Origin: Eledone cirrhosa | Taxonomy: Eukaryota | Direction of reading: 5' to 3' | Assembly: GCA_964016885.1 (NCBI GenBank) | Contig: OZ024741.1 | Span: forward strand, 405,852,001-405,916,000 | Length of the DNA stretch: 64,000 bases | Part shown: positions 53,301 through 64,000 of the stretch, in pieces | How the letters are laid out: the number at the start of each line of letters is the position of its first letter | Numbering within the stretch: the stretch's first letter is position 1 | Position numbers and translations under genes: made by a program | The notes under the pieces: model-generated | What the model was told of the DNA's origin: nothing | Database searches by the model: none | Seen by the model: only the letters and a program-made list of their open reading frames with translations

Positions 53301-55835
53301 GTGGGAGTTTGGTTCCTTTGTGTTCAGACCTGGTGTATATGAGAGATGGGGATATTGGGGGAGACGGAGGCCGTGTCAGTGGGAGTTTGGTTCCTTTGTG
53401 TTCAGACCTGGTGTATATGAGAGATGGGGATATTGGGGGAGATGGAGGCCATGACAGTGGGAGTTGGTTCCTTTGTGTTGAGACCTGGTGTATATGAGAG
53501 ATGGGGATAGTGGGGGAGAGGGAGACCTTGACAGTGGGAGTTTGGTTCCTTTGTGTTCAGACCTGGTGTATATGAGAGATGGGGATATTGGGGGAGAGGG
53601 AGACCGTGACAGTGGGAGTTTGGTTCCTTTGTGTTCAGACCTGGTGTATATGAGAGATGGGGATAGTAGGGGAGAGGGAGACCGTGACAGTGGGAGTTTG
53701 GTTCCTTTGTGTTCAGACCTGGTGTATATGAGAGATGGGGATATTGGGGGAGACGGAGACCGTGACAGTGGGAGTTTGGTTCCTTTGTGTTCCGCCCTGG
53801 TGTATATGAGAGATGGGGATAGTAGGGGAGAGGGAGACCGTGACAGTGGGAGTTTGGTTCCTTTGTGTTCAGACCTGGTGTATATGAGAGATGGGGATAT
53901 TGGGGGAGACGGAGACCGTGACAGTGGGAGTTTGGTTCCTTTGTGTTCCGCCCTGGTGTATATGAGAGATGGGGATATTGGGGGAGAGGGAGACCGTCAC
54001 AGTGGGAGTTTGGTTCCTTTGTGTTCAGACCTGGTGTATATGAGAGATGGGGATATTGGGGGAGAGGGAGACCGTGACAGTGGGAGTTTGGTTCCTTTGT
54101 GTTCAGACCTGGTGTATATGAGAGATGGGGATAGTAGGGGAGAGGGAGACCGTGACAGTGGGAGTTTGGTTCCTTTGTGTTCAGACCTGGTGTATATGAG
54201 AGATGGGGATATTGGGGGAGACGGAGACCGTGACAGTGGGAGTTTGGTTCCTTTGTGTTCAGACTTGGTGTATATGAGAGATGGGGATAGTGGGAGAGAG
54301 GGAGACCGTGACAGTGGGAGTTTGGTTCCTTTGTGTTCAGACTTGGTGTATATGAGAGATAAGGATAGTAGGGGAGAGGGAGACCGTGACAGTGGGAGTT
54401 TGGTTCCTTTGTGTTCAGACCTGGTGTATATGAGAGATGGGGATATTGGGGGAGACGGAGGCCGTGACAGTGGGAGTTTGGTTCCTTTGTGTTCAGACCT
54501 GGTGTATATGAGAGATGGGGATATTGGGGGAGATGGAGGCCATGACAGTGGGAGTTGGTTCCTTTGTGTTGAGACCTGGTGTATATGAGAGATGGGGATA
54601 GTGGGAGAGAGGGAGACCGTGACAGTGGGAGTTTGGTTCCTTTGTGTTCAGACCTGGTGTATATGAGAGATAAGGATAGTAGGGGAGAGGGAGACCGTGA
54701 CAGTGGGAGTTTGGTTCCTTTGTGTTCAGACCTGGTGTATATGAGAGATGGGGATATTGGGAGAGACGGAGGTCGTGACAGTGGGAGTTTGGTTCCTTTG
54801 TGTTCAGACCTGGTGTATATGAGAGATGGGGATAGTGGGAGAGACGGAGGCCGTGACAGTGGGAGTTTGGTTCCTTTGTGTTCAGACCTGGTGTATATGA
54901 GAGATGGGGATAGTGAGGGAGAGGGAGACCGTGACAGTGGGAGTTTGTTTCCTTTGTGTTCAGACCTGGTGTATATGAGAGATGGGGATAGTGGGGGAGA
55001 GGGAGACCGTGACAGTGGGAGTTTGTTTCCTTTGTGTTCCGCCCTGGTGTATATGAGAGATGAGAATAGTGGGAGAGACGGAGACCGTGACAGTGGGAGT
55101 TTGGTTCCTTTGTGTTCAGACTTGGTGTATATGAGAGATAGGGATAGTGGGAGAGACGGAGGCCGTGACAGTGAGAGTTTGGTTCCTTTGTGTTCCGCCC
55201 TGGTGTATATGAGAGATGGGGATAGTGAGGGAGAGGGAGACCGTGACAGTGGGAGTTTGTTTCCTTTGTGTTCAGACCTGGTGTATATGAGAGATGGGGA
55301 TAGTGGGGGAGAGGGAGACCGTGACAGTGGGAGTTTGTTTCCTTTGTGTTCCGCCCTGGTGTATATGAGAGATGAGAATAGTGGGAGAGACGGAGACCGT
55401 GACAGTGGGAGTTTGGTTCCTTTGTGTTCAGACTTGGTGTATATGAGAGATAGGGATAGTGGGAGAGACGGAGGCCGTGACAGTGAGAGTTTGGTTCCTT
55501 TGTGTTCCGCCCTGGTGTATATGAGAGATGAGAATAGTGGGAGAGACGGAGACCGTGACAGTGGGAGTTTGGTTCCTTTGTGTTCAGACTTGGTGTATAT
55601 GAAAGATGGGGATAGTGGGAGAGACGGAGGCCGTGACAGTGAGAGTTTGGTTCCTTTGTGTTCAGACCTGGTGCATATGAGAGATGGGGATAGTGGGAGA
55701 GACGGAGGCCGTGACAGTGGGAGTTTGGTTCCTTTGTGTTCAGACTTGGTGTATATGAGAGATGGGGATATTGGGGGAGACGGAGGCCGTGACAGTGGGA
55801 GTTTGGTTCCTTTGTGTTCAGACCTGGTGTATATG
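50372..55835. repeat. 78-bp satellite, ~70 copies
   Basis: Unit gagagatggggatattgggggagagggagaccgtgacagtgggagtttggttcctttgtgttcagacctggtgtatat. Confidence 0.97.
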
Positions 55836-55971
55836 TATATATTTATTGACTACGCATCCTTTTAATATGTAATCTCTTTATTTTTCTTTCTGGCTCATTT
55901 TTATTGTTATTGTTCATTTGCGTTTTTGATAGTATGTGTTTACATTTGAAAGAAATGAAATACTTCTCATT

Positions 55972-56323
55972 CCATGACCATCCCACTGGTTAATATTTCC
56001 AGACAGAATAACGAATATACCAGGGCCCCACTAGAGAACAATAATAAACAATAATTATTTCTATTTTAGGCAAAAGGCCAGCAATTATACCAGTACATCA
56101 CTGGTACTTTATTTTATCGACCTCATAAGGATGAAAGCAAAGCAAATCCCGCAGAGGTTATCTTTGTCTTTCATCCTTACGGGGTCGATAAAATAAAGTA
56201 CCAGTAATGCACTGGGATGATTGCTGGCCTTGTGCTAATAGAAGAAACAATTATTGTTCTGTAGTGGGGCCCTGTTATATTTGTTATTCTGTCTGAAAAT
56301 ATTAACCAGTGGGATAGTCATGG
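55972..56323. repeat. Inverted duplication of a SINE 3' half plus downstream flank
   Basis: Arms ~55972-56140 and ~56163-56323. Confidence 0.75.
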
Positions 56324-57747
56324 CTGTAATGTCTTTAGTTATCGGCCTGTCCGAGCAAGGATCTGAAGTAACTAACAAAAAATAAAATAAATACTTCAAT
56401 GAAAGAGGTAGCCTATACGTGGTCAATTGCTTTGCTAGAAACGTAACCAAATCTCCTTCAAACTATAAGCGAATGTCTTAAAAGAATGAAGGACACATTC
56501 AAAAGTTTTATAACGTAGACACAATGTGTACGATGCAAATAACTGAATGGGATGGCCATGCCTGGAATGCATTTAACCCTGCCTGTTCAATGGTGGTTGA
56601 CCTAGGGCTAAACAACTGCAGCAGCAATAATATTTAGCTAAAATTGTCTCTGTAGGAGGCAAAAATTAACTAAAACATTGGTTACTGTCATTGGTGCATG
56701 GCTTCATATATTCAGGCTATGGGGAATGAGACATCTACACATTTGGCAACATGGTGCGTTCGGCTACCAGCCCAGCCTCTGATGTCTGCTAGGCCGAACG
56801 GAGCAAACTGTCCAAGTGTCGGCCGCTCTCTCATAGGAGGTTTGTGGTAGAGCTTCTACCAGTGGAGACTTCCGGCGTTCCTTGTCCCTGGACAACATCC
56901 CTGCTCACGTGATATGTTTGTAGTAGCGCCTGTAGCAGTGGAGACTTCCAGCTTTCCTACCCTACAACCGGATCATATCCATACGCACTGCTATCGAAAT
57001 GGAGTTAGCTGTTCCCTGCAGTTGCGACCCCCGTGAGGTGGCGTAGCTGTTCCAGTGCGTCTCCCTCGCCGTTCTCCGAGGGTAATGCATTCTCCATCCT
57101 GTCGGCCAGGACCGAGAGGTGGTGGGTAAGTTAGTTGGAGGTCGAGGATATTCGTTCGGACTTCACACAATTATTATTATCATCTAAACTATAATAAAGT
57201 AAGGAGTGCGGGACTGCGTCCAGAATATATTTTTTTATCCCGTTTGTAAAATAAGTTGGATTATTTTGAATAAATAATGAATGAATATTACATAATTTAT
57301 CTACTAAATTTCGTTATTCTTGATTAAATATAAATAATATTGTTGCTTATTTTAAGATTCACTTCTTTAAAATTTTCAGATGTCAACACTTCCGGTTAGC
57401 GATCGCTTAAATAAATATTCATATATTTGTGTCAGTAATTTTCTCCTAATGCAGTTTATATATAATATCGTCTTTTTTCAATGTATCATGGATGACGTTA
57501 CTGATTACATAAGACAGTGTAACGCAGTCTTCGTTCTATTTCTGTGTATATTGTCAATTACGATGTTATTTGATGTATCATATCTACATGTATATATATT
57601 TGCGTATAATATCTATATACACACTACACATGTATCATATCTACATGTATATATACCTGCGTATAATATCTATATACACACTACACATGCTAGCAGAAAA
57701 CAACCTGAACGGTGGTTTTTCTGCTAGTTATTATAATTTGTGTCAGG

Positions 57748-58172
57748 GATGTGGATTGGCTGTATCAGTAGAGCGTCGCACAACATGTTATAGGGCATAG
57801 AATTACGACCATTACGTTCTGAGTTCAAATCTCTCCGAGGTTAACTCTCCCTTTCATCTTTACGGGGTCGATAAATAAAGTACCAGTAACTGCACTCACC
57901 CTCCAAAAATAATTTTTACAATCTCTCTCTATATTTTCACTTGATCGATTAAGTGATACTGGAGACTTCCTGATTGGTCAGTTGGACAACCGGAAGCAGG
58001 ATAACAGGGAAAATTGACCGAGGGTAGATTCGAAATCAGAAAAGAGAAGCTTAAATTGAGTTTAAGGTTGATATTGGTAATTGATGTCAATGGCCGCTGA
58101 AAATGTCAAACTAACTTTTTGTCAAATTGACATTTTACCACCAAGACAAATAAAATAACCAATGGCATATGA

Positions 58173-58231
<59 letters not shown>

Positions 58232-58279
58232 GCAACAACAACGACGACAACAACGACAACAACAACAACAACGACAACG

Positions 58280-58319
<40 letters not shown>

Positions 58320-59365
58320 CGACGACAACAACAACGACAACAACAACAACGACAACAACGACAACAACGACAACAACGACAACGACAACGACAACAACAA
58401 CAACACAAATATAGATAAAGAAAACAACACAAGTACAGACGTAGAAAACTAACAAGATAAAGAATATCACGTAGAAAATCATCAAAAACAATAACATAAA
58501 TATATAAAAAGAACATCAACAAAAATAAAGTATGTGAAAGGAGGGCAAGGATTGCATGTAGTGCTACCCTCTGAACTTGTAAATAAATATAATAAATTAT
58601 TATATCAATAATTGTTAGGGGGAAATGTCAAAAAGTGTTTAAGTATTAGCTCCAATAACCTCAGCTGACGGTCACCTATGTCGGTACGTGATATCGCTCA
58701 CAATTCTACACTGTAATGCCAATATAAAGCGGACGACTGGAAGAGTCGTTAAAACGTTGGATAGAATACTTTAAATATTCGTTTCAGCTCATTGCTTTCT
58801 GAGTTCAAATCCCACCGAGGCTGCTTTGCTTTTCATCCATTTATGTTCGATAAAAAAGTCCCAGTTCAGTACTGGATTCCATTCTTTTTCTATATATCTT
58901 TCTCGCTTTCATTCTCCCACTCCCTAAAATATACTGATTCGTTTATCTAATTTAATCAAGCCTTTAGTAACAGGGGATATAGGCGGTGAATTGTCAGTCG
59001 TCTAGTACTGGGTCGATTCTTCCTCTATCTCTCTCTCTCACTTCCATTCTCCCACTTTCTATCCTTCTCTGGGAGAAGTCTGCTGTATTCAAACATGGAG
59101 AGAAGTTGAGCTCCACCAGGTTTTTCAAAGTGCCCTAGAAAGGCCGTATGTAAATACGGTGCCCTTACGAGTGCCTCGGTAGTTACGGGACCATCTATAC
59201 AGTGGCAATATAAGGCGGCCATACAAGAGTCGTTAGAATGTTAAATAGAATTAGAATGTTTTGAAATATTCGTCTCTCTGCAACCTGAGGTCAAATACCA
59301 CGGGGGTCAACTTAGCCTTTCATATATTCGAGGTTAATAAAGTACCCTAGTACTGGGGTCGATTA
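57748..59365 (+). mobile_element. Diverged SINE family A copies (~57748, 58730, 59215) interspersed with an (AAC/GAC)n tract at 58173-58405
   Basis: gagttcaaat B box and body remnants. Confidence 0.65.
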
Positions 59366-59366
59366 T

Positions 59367-59442
<76 letters not shown>

Positions 59443-60151
59443 TTCTTTCTCTCTCTCTCTCTCACTCTCACTCTCTTCCATTCTCTTCTCTCTCTTCCCC
59501 GCCCTCTTTGCTTTCGATCCCCCCCCCCCTTACCTCTATTTACCCCCCACCCCCTTTCTTCAAGCCCTCTTCCTCATCTGTCACTGGAAAAAATCGACTG
59601 GAAAGGGATGTGCTCCGCCAGTTTTATATGCACACAATACGTAGTTTCTCACTATGGCACTCCTATATGTCAATAAAGTGTTATGGACCTATGGCCTACC
59701 CTTATCAATATATTGTTAAACCTTTTTCTCTTTTTTGGAGGAGCCAATACCCCAGTAAGCACTGAATATATTACTTTACCTGCCTTTAAAGAAGTTTACA
59801 AGAGTATGGTTTGATGAAGATATGACTGTTATATCTAGCAACACGTTTACTCACGAAGATGTTTCGCTGCTAGTTTGTTGCTGTGGCTGTCGTTTAACTC
59901 CTGGTACTCTCAGAGCTTGTCTATGATGGATTTAAGAAATAGTGACTCCAAACTCCCGAAAGTCCTGCCCTAAATAAAGGCTATGAAATGACAGAAGATA
60001 GAGAGGTAAACATATTTTGTCGTCCGGTTTCGTGACTTTAGCTAAGTTAACTGTTTTCAACACATTCGGTCAAGGTCTCCAGTTTAAGAACACTTTCCTC
60101 CTAACATACTCGGAAAGTCCGAAGAAGGCTCAAAATCATTGTCTTCTTCTT

Positions 60152-60259
<108 letters not shown>

Positions 60260-60473
60260 GAATGCTATGGTTGACGGAGGCTCGGCTCTGTAAGGTATTG
60301 TAAATTTTGACCGCTATAACAATTGTAAATTGTTTAAAACTTTAACCAACTTGTAGACAAAAACACCCTCCTCCTCGTGAGAGGGGTCTTTCTGTCCGTT
60401 ATTTGGCCCTTCGGGGTTAAATAACTGCTTATTGGGGTTTTGTGCCCAATATTTATTTTAAACAAAAAAAAAC

Positions 60474-62573
60474 ATGGCTACGAAAAAGAATTTTCATAGG
60501 TCACTCCCACTCATTCCGTCTTCTTCTTCCTCAATCGTCACTACAGCAGAGAGAAGATTGTCTCTCTCCCTCCCTTCTTTAAATGTGTCTCTCTCCCTCC
60601 CTTCTCTTTCGCAAGCGACGACAGAAAAGAAAAGTCTCGTGCAAAGCATGCAAAATTTCTCCACGACGACAACGACGAAACAGGTGTGCGGGAAATACGA
60701 AAACCCATTTCATTCGTCTGACGTCAGGAATAATAGCAGTAGCAGCCGTAATAACAACAGCAACAGTGACAATGAAAACAACAGTAGCAGCCGCAACAGC
60801 ATCAGCAGCAGCATAAACAACAACAGCATTAGCAGCAGCAAAAACAACAACAACCACAGCAACAGCGGCAGTAGTCGTAGTACCTGCAGCAACAACAAAA
60901 GTAACAGCAGCTCTGACGACAACAACAACAACAACAGCAGCAAAGAAAAACCAATTTCGTTTGCAGGTATCGCGAAGAACCTGGAAACAATCCTCATAAC
61001 AAATGAGGAATTAGAGGAAGCGAAGAAGATGGTGACAAAAACCGGACACCGAGCAATCTGCAAGGCAGCGGAAACATTTTTCGAAACCCAACAGCACTGT
61101 ACGGTCACGTACCGTACAGTAAGTACAAAATCCCGTAGGGTTGAAAGAGCCACAGAGGCTCAAATACAAAAAGCCTTAGGGTCTGTGTGGCAGCGGAAAA
61201 CGCACATCACCCGAGGCAAGAAATATGCCACCGTAGACGTACTTTTTGCCAAACCCCAGGAGGCAAAGGCTCAATCCGTAGTGACCCTAAGGAGCGAGGA
61301 AATGATGTTGGTGCCCTCCTACTGCGGGCAAAAAATTGTGAGGGTCAAACTGACCCCCGTCCCACGCCCCCCCTGGGATGGCCCCTTCTTGGCTGGCCGC
61401 GTCTGTCCTCGTCGGAATCGAGGACAAAACAACTGTACTGCAAGTACAGAAAAAAGTAAGAGAAGATTGGGTCGGCACCTCCATTGAGATGTTAATCCAA
61501 ACCAACCAGGAGTGCATCGAAGCTATCCCGGATGTGATAGACTTCGATAACGGCACTCAACTGCCCATAAGTGTTGAGGGCAAACGCCCGAAATGCTTTC
61601 GCTGTGGATCGAAGACTCACCTCAAGGCCTTCTGCAACGAGAAGACCCTGAGAAAGGAGAAAACCCCCTCCTTCTGAAACCGGCTCCACGGCTACCAGCA
61701 ACAGGACAAGCGGCAACCAGGAACGATAGGTCCGTGGCACCCATACCCACGCCACGGAAATCAAAAACAACAGCAGCAGTGGAAGTATTAACAACAACAA
61801 CAGCAATACCAAATGCAGCTGCAACAGAGACTCCAGTGCAAACATCACCAACAACAACAAGTGAAAGAGTGGAGCTGGTACCCCTCCCCGACCTCACAGA
61901 ATCAGACATGGAGTGTGAGGTGGGAGAGGGATGGCAAAAGGTCGTAAGAAGGCACAAACGCAGAAGCAGCGCATCGTCGCCTTTGAAAAGGGAGAAAAGA
62001 AATGAAAAAAGGGTAAAGTCTACTGCAAAGAGACTCACAGTAGCAACACCACCAACACCATCACCACCCACACTAGCACCACCATCACCACCGGCGACAA
62101 CCCCACCGCCAATAACACCTTCAACACCACCACCACAAGCACCAACATCGCAAACACAACAACAAAACACACACACCCAGCAACAACGACAAGAAAATAG
62201 CAGAACTACACCCCACCCCCAGAAAAACAAATGCACGGCAATAAATACACACAACAAGAAACTAATGACTTACATAATTGAACACACAGACATTTCACAA
62301 CACGACTACATAATACCAGCACCAATCAAAACGCCAACTAACATAAGACTGCTAAAAATAGCACAGAAACAATACACAAACATTAAAACGAAATTCCCCA
62401 ACGCAGTTGGTGATTTCAGAGACCTAGGAGGAACTATCAACCGAAGAGTATATTCGGACATACTCATAGAAGAGCCGACGACCAGCCGAAGGGACGATTC
62501 AACGGTCCCTTCACCAGACGATCAAGTGAAAAGGGATGGTAAAACCATCCCTCCTCTACGAAAAGTACGGTAA
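60474..62573 (+). pseudogene. LINE ORF1 (gag-like) split by two frameshifts
   Basis: Segments 60474-, 61378- and 61593-; CCHC knuckle CFRCGSKTHLKAFC; EGWQKVVRR; S/N- and P/T-rich tracts. Confidence 0.8.
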
Positions 62574-62608
62574 GTGGTCTTTCCCATCTTTTCCACTCTA
62601 TTTTAAAC

Positions 62609-64000
62609 ATGACCTCACTCAGAATAGGCAGCATAAATGCGCGTGGCTTGGGGTCGTCGTGGAAGCAGGGTCACCTGCTCAACGACCTCAGGTCACTAAA
62701 CATAGATGTAGTGGCCATCAGCGAGACCAGAATCTCCGAAGCACGTGACTTCGCACCGATCGTCGGCGGCTACGATGTGTACGCATCTCCCAGCCGTCCT
62801 GGATCGGGGGGAGGAGTTGCTGTGCTTTTTCGGAGAGGTTTGGATCTCGCCATACGGGCCATCTTCCTGGACCCAGAGGGTAAGTTGGTGGTGCTGGACG
62901 TGACCAGCGGAGACGGGCAAGCTTTCAGTCTAGTGGCCGTCTATGCCCCGACAGGAGCAGGGCGGCCTGATTTCTTCCGGCGTCTGGAGACATTTCTTGG
63001 AACGTCCCGCTCTTTAGTGTTAGTGGGCGACTGGAACGGGATCTTAGATGCACGCTGGGACTGTGTGGGATTAGCGGATAGGGGGGGAGGGTGCAAGAGC
63101 CTCACCAACCTGCTCAGGCGTTTTGAACTGTCTGACAGGTACCGATTGGATTTCCCGAATGTGCCAATGTGGACTTGGACAAATCGTATCGGGTCATCCA
63201 GATCATATCTAGATAGAGTATTTTGTAGGGAAATAGATAGGTCTAGCATAGGCTGTCCACAATTCAAGATAGTCAGCTACACGGACCACAAATTCGTGAT
63301 TTGTGTGCTTGACTTAGATAGGCTTCATAGACGAGGACCCGCTACTGGAAGCTAAACTCGTCCTTACCAGCGCGCAAGGCCTACAGAGACCGAATTAGCG
63401 AACTAGTTAAGCGGGCGTTGAGGAGGGCCATCGTCAACAACAAGTGGTGGTTTGCTCTGAAAAGAGCGATTAGAATAGAATCGATTAGGTTTAGTAACGC
63501 TTTAGCAATAGAGAAAAATAGAGCAGAGGGAGAACTAGTTAGAAAATTAGACGAGGCGCTTAGCAAAGGCATTGCGACCGACGTTCTTGCGGCGAAATTG
63601 GCCCTTGACCAATTCTTCAATGCAAAGCACGAAGGCTGCGTTGTCAGAGAAAGGGTGCGTGCTCTCAGTCACGAGGGGACGAAAGCCGTTCAATGGGCCC
63701 GAGTGGCGGAGGCGCGTCGTGGCAACAAAGCCACGATCCGGTCTTTGGTGGACCACGACAGGCACATGCTACTCGATCCCGGGCAAATGTGTGAAGCTTT
63801 TCAGCGACACTTCGCTCAGCTGTTCGGGGGCAGCGGTGGGCCGGGTCGAGGGATGGACTTTAGTGTCTACCTCGACGGACTGCCGCGGCTCTCGGCCACT
63901 GAGGCGAAGTGTTGCGAAAAGCCGATAACAGCCGCTGAAGTAAGGGAGGCAATGACTGGCTGCACAAGGTGTAAATCGCCTGGTTTGGATGGTCTGCTCT
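62609..64000 (+). pseudogene. LINE ORF2: APE endonuclease, linker and RT start; frameshift at ~63340
   Basis: SINARGL, AISET, VYAP, GDWN, SYLDR, TDH; after the shift YWKLNSS..QMCEAFQRHF..KSPGLDGL stays open to the window end. Confidence 0.88.

Larger units (their letters stand above)
60260..64000 (+). mobile_element. L1/Tx1-type LINE, 5' part, running off the right edge; begins after a (CTT)n(ATT)n tract
   Basis: ORF1 with zinc knuckle; ORF2 with APE endonuclease and start of RT. Confidence 0.9.

Noticed and set aside
50372-55835. CRISPR-like constant/variable alternation and long ORFs
   Set aside because: The variable blocks are point variants of one sequence, not unique spacers; no cas genes; eukaryotic context; ORFs follow from a 78-bp unit lacking stops in one frame.
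57000-57170. Possible HDV-like ribozyme on the minus strand (gacctcc/gggggtc, ctaa)
   Set aside because: P2 5' strand is not adjacent to a P3, so the topology cannot be completed.
58106-58522. Poly-N/T/V/C/L ORFs
   Set aside because: (AAC/GAC)n microsatellite.

Overview
Eukaryotic, AT-rich, repeat-saturated DNA with no recognisable host gene. The tRNA-SINE families, (TA)n density and retroelement content suggest an octopus or other cephalopod genome (inference). The window holds two Penelope-like elements (PLEs; RT + GIY-YIG), two R4/Dong-type RLE LINE fragments, an L1/Tx1-type LINE running off the right edge plus an RT-deleted relative, RTE fragments, a tandem pair of bipartite RTE derivatives, many SINE copies, a pogo/Tigger-like MITE and several large mini/satellite arrays. 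Most ORF-track entries are repeat artefacts. The main unexpected structure is about 20 type I hammerhead ribozyme (HHR)-like motifs (7 with canonical cores) in several distinct repeat families. Most sit in or next to asymmetric inverted duplications beside (TA)n tracts whose arms share the same 3' end and point outward. This fits a PLE-driven, (TA)n-targeted, two-ended insertion process. Coordinates were read by eye and may be off by a few bases; folds were derived by manual pairing.
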